Of a stretch of 64,000 nucleotides of DNA, positions 12,751 through 24,500 are shown piece after piece. How positions within the stretch are numbered: the stretch's first letter is position 1; each line of letters opens with the position of its first letter. Under the pieces are notes generated by a model that had not been told where the DNA came from, did no database searches, and saw only the letters and a program-made list of their open reading frames with translations. The position numbers were made by a program, and so were the translations under genes. Location: assembly GCA_964016885.1 (NCBI GenBank), contig OZ024744.1, positions 558,001-622,000 on the forward strand. The letters are read 5' to 3'. The stretch comes from Eledone cirrhosa (taxonomy: Eukaryota).

Positions 12751-15232
12751 TGTGAAGAACGAGGTTTTGAGGGAAGACAAGGTAGAGAAAGATAGCTTGG
12801 TGAAGAACGACGTTTTGGGGGAAGAGAGGTAGAGAAAGATAGCTTGGTGAAGAACAAAGTTTTGGGGGAAGACAAGGTAGAGAAAGATAGCTTGGTGAAG
12901 AACGAAGTATTGAGGGAAGACTCGGTAGAGAAAGATAGCTTGGTGAAGAACGAAGTTTTGGGGAAGACAAGGTAGAGAAAGATAGCTTGATGAAGAACGA
13001 AGTTTTGGGGGAAGACAAGGTAGAGAAAGATAGCTTGGTGAAGAACGAAGTTTTGATGGAAGACAAGGTAGAGAAAGATAGCTTGGTGAAGAACGAAGTT
13101 TTGGGGGAAGACAAGGTAGAGAAAGATAGCTTGGTGAAGAACGAAGTTTTGAGGGAAGACAAGGTAGAGAAAGATAGCTTGGTGAAGAACGACGTTTTGG
13201 GGGAAGAAAGGTAGAGAAAGATAGCTTGGTGAAGAACAAAGTTTTGGGGGAAGACAAGGTAGAGAAAGATAGCTTGGTGAAGAACGAAGTATTGAGGGAA
13301 GACTCGGTAGAGAAAGATAGCTTGGTGAAGAACGAAGTTTTGAGGGAAGACAAGGTAGAGAAAGATAGCTTGGTGAAGAACGACGTTTTGGGGGAAGAGA
13401 GGTAGAGAAAGATAGCTTGGTGAAGAACAAAGTTTTGGGGGAAGACAAGGTAGAGAAAGATAGCTTGGTGAAGAACGAAGTATTGAGGGAAGACTCGGTA
13501 GAGAAAGATAGCTTGGTGAAGAACGAAGTTTTGGGGAAGACAAGGTAGAGAAAGATAGCTTGATGAAGAACGAAGTTTTGGGGGAAGACAAGGTAGAGAA
13601 AGATAGCTTGGTGAAGAACGAAGTTTTGATGGAAGACAAGGTAGAGAAAGATAGCTTGGTGAAGAACGAAGTTTTGGGGGAAGACAAGGTAGAGAAAGAT
13701 AGCTTGGTGAAGAACGAAGTTTTGAGGGAAGACAAGGTAGAGAAAGATAGCTTGGTGAAGAACGACGTTTTGGGGGAAGAAAGGTAGAGAAAGATAGCTT
13801 GGTGAAGAACAAAGTTTTGGGGGAAGACAAGGTAGAGAAAGATAGCTTGGTGAAGAACGAAGTATTGAGGGAAGACTCGGTAGAGAAAGATAGCTTGGTG
13901 AAGAACGAAGTTTTGAGGGAAGACAAGGTAGAGAAAGATAGCTTGGTGAAGAACGAGGTTTTGAGGGAAGACAAGGTAGAGAAAGATAGCTTGTGAAGAA
14001 CGAGGTTTTGAGGGAAGACAAGGTAGAGAAAGATAGCTTGGTGAAGAACGACGTTTTGGGGGAAGAGAGGTAGAGAAAGATAGCTTGGTGAAGAACAAAG
14101 TTTTGGGGGAAGACAAGGTAGAGAAAGATAGCTTGGTGAAGAACGAAGTATTGAGGGAAGACTCGGTAGAGAAAGATAGCTTGGTGAAGAACGAAGTTTT
14201 GGGGAAGACAAGGTAGAGAAAGATAGCTTGATGAAGAACGAAGTTTTGGGGGAAGACAAGGTAGAGAAAGATAGCTTGGTGAAGAACGAAGTTTTGATGG
14301 AAGACAAGGTAGAGAAAGATAGCTTGGTGAAGAACGAAGTTTTGGGGGAAGACAAGGTAGAGAAAGATAGCTTGGTGAAGAACGAAGTTTTGAGGGAAGA
14401 CAAGGTAGAGAAAGATAGCTTGGTGAAGAACGACGTTTTGGGGGAAGAAAGGTAGAGAAAGATAGCTTGGTGAAGAACAAAGTTTTGGGGGAAGACAAGG
14501 TAGAGAAAGATAGCTTGGTGAAGAACGAAGTATTGAGGGAAGACTCGGTAGAGAAAGATAGCTTGGTGAAGAACGAAGTTTTGAGGGAAGACAAGGTAGA
14601 GAAAGATAGCTTGGTGAAGAACGACGTTTTGGGGGAAGAGAGGTAGAGAAAGATAGCTTGGTGAAGAACAAAGTTTTGGGGGAAGACAAGGTAGAGAAAG
14701 ATAGCTTGGTGAAGAACGAAGTATTGAGGGAAGACTCGGTAGAGAAAGATAGCTTGGTGAAGAACGAAGTTTTGGGGAAGACAAGGTAGAGAAAGATAGC
14801 TTGATGAAGAACGAAGTTTTGGGGGAAGACAAGGTAGAGAAAGATAGCTTGGTGAAGAACGAAGTTTTGATGGAAGACAAGGTAGAGAAAGATAGCTTGG
14901 TGAAGAACGAAGTTTTGGGGGAAGACAAGGTAGAGAAAGATAGCTTGGTGAAGAACGAAGTTTTGAGGGAAGACAAGGTAGAGAAAGATAGCTTGGTGAA
15001 GAACGACGTTTTGGGGGAAGAAAGGTAGAGAAAGATAGCTTGGTGAAGAACAAAGTTTTGGGGGAAGACAAGGTAGAGAAAGATAGCTTGGTGAAGAACG
15101 AAGTATTGAGGGAAGACTCGGTAGAGAAAGATAGCTTGGTGAAGAACGAAGTTTTGAGGGAAGACAAGGTAGAGAAAGATAGCTTGGTGAAGAACGAGGT
15201 TTTGAGGGAAGACAAGGTAGAGAAAGATAGCT
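12751..15232. repeat. Nested higher-order repeat: two copies of 1,241 bp, each containing two 573-bp (12-monomer) units
   Basis: Identical 75-aa ORFs at 12987, 13560, 14228, 14801 (spacings 573, 668, 573). TGTGAAGAACGAGG marker at 12751 and 13992 (offset 1241). Confidence 0.92.
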
Positions 15233-18060
15233 TGGTGAAGAACGAAGTTTTGGGGAAGACAAGGTAGAGAAAGATAGCTTGGTGAAGAACGAAGTTTTGG
15301 GGGAAGACAAGGTAGAGAAAGATAGCTTGGTGAAGAACGAAGTTTTGAGGGAAGACAAGGTAGAGAAAGATAGCTTGGTGAAGAACGAAGTTTTGAGGGA
15401 AGTCAAGGTAGAGAAAGATAGCTTGGTGAAGAACGACGTTTTGAGGGAAGACAAGGTAGAGAAAGATAGCTTGGTGACGAACGACGTTTTGGGGGAAGAC
15501 AAGGTAGAGAAAGATAGCTTGGTGAAGAACAACGTTTTGGGGGAAGACAATGTAGAGAAAGATAGCTTGCTGAAGAACGAAGTTTTGAGGGACGACAAAG
15601 TAGAGAAAGATAGCTTGGTGAAGAACGAAGTTTTGGGGAAGACAAGGTAGAGAAAGATAGCTTGATGAAGAACGAAGTTTTGGGGGAAGACAAGGTAGAG
15701 AAAGATAGCTTGGTGAAGAACGAAGTTTTGAGGGAAGACAAGGTAGAGAAAGATAGCTTGGTGAAGAACGAAGTTTTGGGGGAAGTCAAGGTAGAGAAAG
15801 ATAGCTTGGTGAAGAACGAAGTTTTGGGGGAAGACAAGGTAGAGAAATATAGCTTGGTGAAGAACGAAGTTTTGAGGGAAGACAAGATAGAGAAAGATAG
15901 CTTGGTGAAGAACGAAGTTTTGAGGGAAGTCAAGGTAGAGAAAGATAGCTTGGTGAAGAACGACGTTTTGAGGGAAGACAAGGTAGAGAAAGATAGCTTA
16001 GTGAAGAACGACGTTTTGGGGGAAGACAAGGTAGAGAAAGATAGCTTGGTGAAGAACAACGTTTTGGGGGAAGACAAGGTAGAGAAAGATAGCTTGGTGA
16101 AGAACGAAGTATTGAGGGAAGACTAGGTAGAGAAAGATAGCTTGATGAAGAACGAAGTGTTGGGGGAAGACAAGGTAGAGAAAGATAGCTTGCTGAAGAA
16201 CGAAGTTTTGAGGGACGACAAAGTAGAGAAAGATAGCTTGGTGAAGAACGAGGTTTTGGGGAAGACAAGGTAGAGAAAGATAGCTTGATGAAGAACGAAG
16301 TTTTGGGGGAAGACAAGGTAGAGAAAGATAGCTTGGTGAAGAACGAAGTTTTGAGGGAAGACAAGGTAGAGAAAGATAGCTTGGTGAAGAACGAAGTTTT
16401 GGGGGAAGACAAGGTAGAGAAAGATAGCTTGGTGAAGAACGAAGTTTTGAGGGAAGACAAGGTAGAGAAAGATAGCTTGATGAAGAACGAAGTTTTGGGG
16501 GAAGACAAGGTAGAGAAAGATAGCTTGGTGAAGAACGAAGTTTTGATGGAAGACAAGGTAGAGAAAGATAGCTTGGCGAAGAACGAAGTTTTGGGGGAAG
16601 ACAAGGTAGAGAAAGATAGCTTGGTGAAGAACGAAGTTTTGAGGGAAGACAAGGTAGAGAAAGATAGCTTGGTGAAGAACGACGTTTTGGGGGAAGAAAG
16701 GTAGAGAAAGATAGCTTGGTGAAGAACAAAGTTTTGGGGGAAGACAAGGTAGAGAAAGATAGCTTGGTGAAGAACGAAGTATTGAGGGAAGACTCGGTAG
16801 AGAAAGATAGCTTGGTGAAGAACGAAGTTTTGAGGGAAAACAAGGTAGAGAAAGATAGCTTGGTGAAGAACGAGGTTTTGAGGGAAGACAAGGTAGAGAA
16901 AGATAGCTTGGTGAAGAACGAAGTTTTGGGGAAGACAAGGTAGAGAAAGATAGCTTGGTGAAGAACGAAGTTTTGGGGGAAGACAAGGTAGAGAAATATA
17001 GCTTGGTGAAGAACGAAGTTTTGAGGGAAGACAAGGTAGAGAAAGATAGCTTGGTGAAGAACGAAGTTTTGAGGGAAGTCAAGGTAGAGAAAGATAGCTT
17101 GGTGAAGAACGACGTTTTGAGGGAAGACAAGGTAGAGAAAGATAGCTTGGTGAAGAACGACGTTTTGGGGGAAGACAAGGTAGAGAAAGATAGCTTGGTG
17201 AAGAACAAGGTTTTGGGGGAAGACAAGGTAGAGAAAGATAGCTTGGTGAAGAACGAAGTTTTGGGGAAGACAAGGTAGAGAAAGATAGCTTGATGAAGAA
17301 CGAAGTTTTGGGGGAAGACAAGGTAGAGAAAGATAGCTTGGTGAAGAACAAAGTTTTGGGGGAAGACAAGGTAGAGAAAGATAGCTTGGTGAAGAACGAA
17401 GTATTGAGGGAAGACTCGGTAGAGAAAGATAGCTTGGTGAAGAACGAAGTTTTGAGGGAAGACAAGGTAGAGAAATATAGCTTGGTGAAGAACAACGTTT
17501 TGGGGGAAGACAAGGTAGAGAAAGATAGCTTGGTGAAGAACGAAGTATTGAGGGAAGACTAGGTAGAGAAAGATAGCTTGATGAAGAACGAAGTGTTGGG
17601 GGAAGACAAGGTAGAGAAAGATAGCTTGCTGAAGAACGAAGTTTTGAGGGACGACAAAGTAGAGAAAGATAGCATGGTGAAGAACGAAGTTTTGGGGAAG
17701 ACAAGGTAGAGAAAGATAGCTTGATGAAGAACGAAGTTTTGGGGGAAGACAAGGTAGAGAAAGATAGCTTGGTGAAGAACGAAGTTTTGATGGAAGACAA
17801 GGTAGAGAAAGATAGCTTGGTGAAGAACGAAGTTTTGGGGGAAGACAAGGTAGAGAAAGATAGCTTGGTGAAGAACGAAGTTTTGAGGGAAGACAAGGTA
17901 GAGAAAGATAGCTTGGTGAAGAACGACGTTTTGGGGGAAGAAAGGTAGAGAAAGATAGCTTGGTGAAGAACAAAGTTTTGGGGGAAGACAAGGTAGAGAA
18001 AGATAGCTTGGTGAAGAACGAAGTATTGAGGGAAGACTCGGTAGAGAAAGATAGCTTGGT
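14620..18060. repeat. Third, partial and slightly diverged copy of the 6-kb block
   Basis: ORFs offset 6264 from copy 2 (8776/15040, 9015/15279, 9398/15662, 10021/16285, 10691/16955), then 6311 after one extra 47-mer (11410/17721). It shares GTGACGAAC and TGGCGAAG but lacks GACGATAAAG and GAGAGAGATA. Confidence 0.88.
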
Positions 18061-19539
18061 GAAGAACGAAGTTTTGAGGGAAGACAAGGTAGAGAAAGAT
18101 AGCTTGGTGAAGAACGAGGTTTTGAGGGAAGACAAGGTAGAGAAAGATAGCTTGGTGAAGAACGAAGTTTTGGGGAAGACAAGGTAGAGAAAGATAGCTT
18201 GGTGAAGAACGAAGTTTTGGGGGAAGACAAGGTAGAGAAAGATAGCTTGCTGAAGAACGAAGTTTTGAGGGACGACAAAGTAGAGAAAGATAGCTTGGTG
18301 AAGAACGAGGTTTTGGGGAAGACAAGGTAGAGAAAGATAGCTTGATGAAGAACGAAGTTTTGGGGGAAGACAAGGTAGAGAAAGATAGCTTGGTGAAGAA
18401 CGAAGTTTTGAGGGAAGACAAGGTAGAGAAAGATAGCTTGGTGAAGAACGAAGTTTTGGGGGAAGACAAGGTAGAGAAAGATAGCTTGGTGAAGAACGAA
18501 GTTTTGAGGGAAGACAAGGTAGAGAAAGATAGCTTGATGAAGAACGAAGTTTTGGGCGAAGACAAGGTAGAGAAAGATAGCTTGGTGAAGAACGAAGTTT
18601 TGATGGAAGACAAGGTAGAGAAAGATAGCTTGGTGAAGAACGAAGTTTTGGGGGAAGACAAGGTAGAGAAAGATAGCTTGGTGAAGAACGAAGTTTTGAG
18701 GGAAGACAAGGTAGAGAAAGATAGCTTGGTGAAGAACGACGTTTTGGGGGAAGAAAGGTAGAGAAAGATAGCTTGGTGAAGAACAAAGTTTTGGGGGAAG
18801 ACAAGGTAGAGAAAGATAGCTTGGTGAAGAACGAAGTATTGAGGGAAGACTCGGTAGAGAAAGATAGCATGGTGAAGAACGAAGTTTTGAGGGAAGACAA
18901 GGTAGAGAAAGATAGCTTGGTGAAGAACGAGGTTTTGAGGGAAGACAAGGTAGAGAAAGATAGCTTGGTGAAGAACGAAGTTTTGGGGAAGACAAGGTAG
19001 AGAAAGATAGCTTGGTGAAGAACGAAGTTTTGGGGGAAGACAAGGTAGAGAAATATAGCTTGGTGAAGAACGAAGTTTTGAGGGAAGACAAGGTAGAGAA
19101 AGATAGCTTGGTGAAGAACGAAGTTTTGAGGGAAGTCAAGGTAGAGAAAGATAGCTTGGTGAAGAACGACGTTTTGAGGGAAGTCAAGGTAGAGAAAGAT
19201 AGCTTGGTGAAGAACGACGTTTTGGGGGAAGACAAGGTAGAGAAAGATAGCTTGGTGAAGAACAAGGTTTTGGGGGAAGACAAGGTAGAGAAAGATAGCT
19301 TGGTGAAGAACGAAGTATTGAGGGAAGACTAGGTAGAGAATGATAGTTGGTGAAGAACGAAGTTTTGAGGGATGACAAGGTAGAGAAAGATAGCTTGTTG
19401 AAGAACGACGTTTTGAGGGAAGACAAGGTAGAGAAAGATAGCTTGGTGTAGAACGACGTTTTGGGGGAAGAAAGGTAGAGAAAGATAGCTTGGTGAAGAA
19501 CAAAGTTTTGGGGGAAGACAAGGTAGAGAAAGATAGCTT

Positions 19540-21510
19540 GGTGAAGAACGAAGTATTGAGGGAAGACAAGGTAGAGAAAGATAGCTTGGTGAAGAACGAA
19601 GTTTTGAGGGAAGACAAGGTAGAGAAAGATAGCTTGTGAAGAACGAGGTTTTGAGGGAAGACAAGGTAGAGAAAGATAGCTTGGTGAAGAACGACGTTTT
19701 GGGGGAAGAGAGGTAGAGAAAGATAGCTTGGTGAAGAACAAAGTTTTGGGGGAAGACAAGGTAGAGAAAGATAGCTTGGTGAAGAACGAAGTATTGAGGG
19801 AAGACTCGGTAGAGAAAGATAGCTTGGTGAAGAACGAAGTTTTGAGGGAAGACAAGGTAGAGAAAGATAGCTTGGTGAAGAACGAGGTTTTGAGGGAAGA
19901 CAAGGTAGAGAAAGATAGCTTGGTGAAGAACGAAGTTTTGGGGGAAGACAAGGTAGAGAAAGATAGCTTGGTGAATAACGAAGTTTTGAGGGAAGACAAG
20001 GTAGAGAAAGATAGCTTGGTGAAGAACGAAGTTTTGAGGGAAGACAAGGTAGAGAAAGATAGCTTGGTGAAGAACGAAGTTTTGGGGGAAGACAAGGTAG
20101 AGAAAGATAGCTTGATGAAGAACGAAGTTTTGGGGGAAGACAAGGTAGAGAAAGATAGCTTGGTGAAGAACGAAGTTTTGGGGGAAGACAAGGTAGAGAA
20201 AGATAGCTTGGTGAAGAACGAAGTTTTGGGGGAAGACAAGGTAGAGAAAGATAGCTTGGTGAAGAACGAAGTATTGAGGGAAGACTAGGTAGAGAAAGAT
20301 AGCTTGATGAAGAACGAAGTGTTGGGGGAAGACAAGGTAGAGAAAGATAGCTTGCTGAAGAACGAAGATTTGAGGGACGACAAAGTAGAGAAAGATAGCT
20401 TGGTGAAGAACGAAGTTTTGGGGAAGACAAGGTAGAGAAAGATAGCTTGATGAAGAACGAAGTTTTGGGGGAAGACAAGGTAGAGAAAGATAGCTTGGTG
20501 AAGAACGAAGTTTTGATGGAAGACAAGGTAGAGAAAGATAGCTTGGTGAAGAACGAAGTTTTGGGGGAAGACAAGGTAGAGAAAGATAGCTTGGTGAAGA
20601 ACGAAGTATTGAGGGAAGACAAGGTAGAGAAAGATAGCTTGGTGAAGAACGAAGTTTTGAGGGAAGACAAGGTAGAGAAAGATAGCTTGTGAAGAACGAG
20701 GTTTTGAGGGAAGACAAGGTAGAGAAAGATAGCTTGGTGAAGAACGACGTTTTGGGGGAAGAGAGGTAGAGAAAGATAGCTTGGTGAAGAACAAAGTTTT
20801 GGGGGAAGACAAGGTAGAGAAAGATAGCTTGGTGAAGAACGAAGTATTGAGGGAAGACTCGGTAGAGAAAGATAGCTTGGTGAAGAACGAAGTTTTGAGG
20901 GAAGACAAGGTAGAGAAAGATAGCTTGGTGAAGAACGAGGTTTTGAGGGAAGACAAGGTAGAGAAAGATAGCTTGGTGAAGAACGAAGTTTTGGGGGAAG
21001 ACAAGGTAGAGAAAGATAGCTTGATGAAGAACGAAGTTTTGGGGGAAGACAAGGTAGAGAAAGATAGCTTGGTGAAGAACGAAGTTTTGGGGGAAGACAA
21101 GGTAGAGAAAGATAGCTTGGTGAAGAACGAAGTTTTGGGGGAAGACAAGGTAGAGAAAGATAGCTTGGTGAAGAACGAAGTATTGAGGGAAGACTAGGTA
21201 GAGAAAGATAGCTTGATGAAGAACGAAGTGTTGGGGGAAGACAAGGTAGAGAAAGATAGCTTGCTGAAGAACGAAGATTTGAGGGACGACAAAGTAGAGA
21301 AAGATAGCTTGGTGAAGAACGAAGTTTTGGGGAAGACAAGGTAGAGAAAGATAGCTTGATGAAGAACGAAGTTTTGGGGGAAGACAAGGTAGAGAAAGAT
21401 AGCTTGGTGAAGAACGAAGTTTTGATGGAAGACAAGGTAGAGAAAGATAGCTTGGTGAAGAACGAAGTTTTGGGGGAAGACAAGGTAGAGAAAGATAGCT
21501 TGGTGAAGAA
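19540..21510. repeat. Tandem duplication with offset 1,053 shifting to 909 bp (3-monomer indel)
   Basis: ORF starts 19728/20781 (1053), ORF ends 20288/21197 and starts 20447/21356 (909). Private marker GAAGATTTGAGGGACGAC at ~20364 and ~21273. Confidence 0.85.
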
Positions 21511-21549
21511 CGAAGTTTTGAGGGAAGACAAGGTAGAGAAAGATAGCTT

Positions 21550-24500
21550 GGTGAAGAACGACGTTTTGGGGGAAGAAAGGTAGAGAAAGATAGCTTGGTG
21601 AAGAACAAAGTTTTGGGGGAAGACAAGGTAGAGAAAGATAGCTTGGTGAAGAACGAAGTATTGAGGGAAGACTCGGTAGAGAAAGATAGCTTGGTGAAGA
21701 ACGAAGTTTTGAGGGAAGACAAGGTAGAGAAAGATAGCTTGGTGAAGAACGAGGTTTTGAGGGAAGACAAGGTAGAGAAAGATAGCTTGGTGAAGAACGA
21801 AGTTTTGGGGAAGACAAGGTAGAGAAAGATAGCTTGGTGAAGAACGAAGTTTTGGGGGAAGACAAGGTAGAGAAAGATAGCTTGGTGAAGAACGAAGTTT
21901 TGAGGGAAGACAAGGTAGAGAAAGATAGCTTGGTGAAGAACGAAGTTTTGAGGGAAGTCAAGGTAGAGAAAGATAGCTTGGTGAAGAACGACGTTTTGAG
22001 GGAAGACAAGGTAGAGAAAGATAGCTTGGTGAAGAACGACGTTTTGGGGGAAGACAAGGTAGAGAAAGATAGCTTGGTGAAGAACAACGTTTTGGGGGAA
22101 GACAATGTAGAGAAAGATAGCTTGCTGAAGAACGAAGTTTTGAGGGACGACAAAGTAGAGAAAGATAGCTTGGTGAAGAACGAAGTTTTGGGGAAGACAA
22201 GGTAGAGAAAGATAGCTTGATGAAGAACGAAGTTTTGGGGGAAGACAAGGTAGAGAAAGATAGCTTGGTGAAGAACGAAGTTTTGAGGGAAGACAAGGTA
22301 GAGAAAGATAGCTTGGTGAAGAACGAAGTTTTGGGGTAAGTCAAGGTAGAGAAAGATAGCTTGGTGAAGAACGAAGTTTTGGGGGAAGACAAGGTAGAGA
22401 AATATAGCTTGGTGAAGAACGAAGTTTTGAGGGAAGACAAGATAGAGAAAGATAGCTTGGTGAAGAACGAAGTTTTGAGGGAAGTCAAGGTAGAGAAAGA
22501 TAGCTTGGTGAAGAACGACGTTTTGAGGGAAGACAAGGTAGAGAAAGATAGCTTAGTGAAGAACGACGTTTTGGGGGAAGACAAGGTAGAGAAAGATAGC
22601 TTGGTGAAGAACAACGTTTTGGGGGAAGACAAGGTAGAGAAAGATAGCTTGGTGAAGAACGAAGTATTGAGGGAAGACTAGGTAGAGAAAGATAGCTTGA
22701 TGAAGAACGAAGTGTTGGGGGAAGACAAGGTAGAGAAAGATAGCTTGCTGAAGAACGAAGTTTTGAGGGACGACAAAGTAGAGAAAGATAGCTTGGTGAA
22801 GAACGAGGTTTTGGGGAAGACAAGGTAGAGAAAGATAGCTTGATGAAGAACGAAGTTTTGGGGGAAGACAAGGTAGAGAAAGATAGCTTGGTGAAGAACG
22901 AAGTTTTGGGGGAAGACAAGGTAGAGAAAGATAGCTTGGTGAAGAACGAAGTTTTGGGGGAAGACAAGGTAGAGAAAGATAGCTTGGTGAAGAACGAAGT
23001 TTTGAGGGAAGACAAGGTAGAGAAAAATAGCTTGATGAAGAACGAAGTTTTGGGGGAAGACAAGGTAGAGAAAGATAGCTTGGTGAAGAACGAAGTTTTG
23101 ATGGAAGACAAGGTAGAGAAAGATAGCTTGGTGAAGAACGAAGTTTGGGGGAAGACAAGGTAGAGAAAGATAGCTTGGTGAAGAACGAAGTTTTGAGGGA
23201 AGACAAGGTAGAGAAAGATAGCTTGGTGAAGAACGACGTTTTGGGGGAAGAAAGGTAGAGAAAGATAGCTTGGTGAAGAACAAAGTTTTGGGGGAAGACA
23301 AGGTAGAGAAAGATAGCTTGGTGAAGAACGAAGTATTGAGGGAAGACTCGGTAGAGAAAGATAGCTTGGTGAAGAACGAAGTTTTGAGGGAAGACAAGGT
23401 AGAGAAAGATAGCTTGGTGAAGAACGAAGTTTTGAGGGAAGACAAGGTAGAGAAAGATAGCTTGGTGAAGAACGACGTTTTGGGGGAAGAAAGGTAGAGA
23501 AAGATAGCTTGGTGAAGAACAAAGTTTTGGGGGAAGACAAGGTAGAGAAAGATAGCTTGGTGAAGAACGAAGTATTGAGGGAAGACTCGGTAGAGAAAGA
23601 TAGCTTGGTGAAGAACGAAGTTTTGAGGGAAGACAAGGTAGAGAAAGATAGCTTGGTGAAGAACGAGGTTTTGAGGGAAGACAAGGTAGAGAAAGATAGC
23701 TTGGTGAAGAACGAAGTTTTGGGGAAGACAAGGTAGAGAAAGATAGCTTGGTGAAGAACGAAGTTTTGGGGGAAGACAAGGTAGAGAAAGATAGCTTGGT
23801 GAAGAACGAAGTTTTGAGGGAAGACAAGGTAGAGAAAGATAGCTTGGTGAAGAACGAAGTTTTGAGGGAAGTCAAGGTAGAGAAAGATAGCTTGGTGAAG
23901 AACGACGTTTTGAGGGAAGACAAGGTAGAGAAAGATAGCTTGGTGAAGAACAACGTTTTGGGGGAAGACAATGTAGAGAAAGATAGCTTGCTGAAGAACG
24001 AAGTTTTGAGGGACGACAAAGTAGAGAAAGATAGCTTGGTGAAGAACGAAGTTTTGGGGAAGACAAGGTAGAGAAAGATAGCTTGATGAAGAACGAAGTT
24101 TTGGGGGAAGACAAGGTAGAGAAAGATAGCTTGGTGAAGAACGAAGTTTTGAGGGAAGACAAGGTAGAGAAAGATAGCTTGGTGAAGAACGAAGTTTTGG
24201 GGTAAGTCAAGGTAGAGAAAGATAGCTTGGTGAAGAACGAAGTTTTGGGGGAAGACAAGGTAGAGAAATATAGCTTGGTGAAGAACGAAGTTTTGAGGGA
24301 AGACAAGATAGAGAAAGATAGCTTGGTGAAGAACGAAGTTTTGAGGGAAGTCAAGGTAGAGAAAGATAGCTTGGTGAAGAACGACGTTTTGAGGGAAGAC
24401 AAGGTAGAGAAAGATAGCTTAGTGAAGAACGACGTTTTGGGGGAAGACAAGGTAGAGAAAGATAGCTTGGTGAAGAACAACGTTTTGGGGGAAGACAAGG

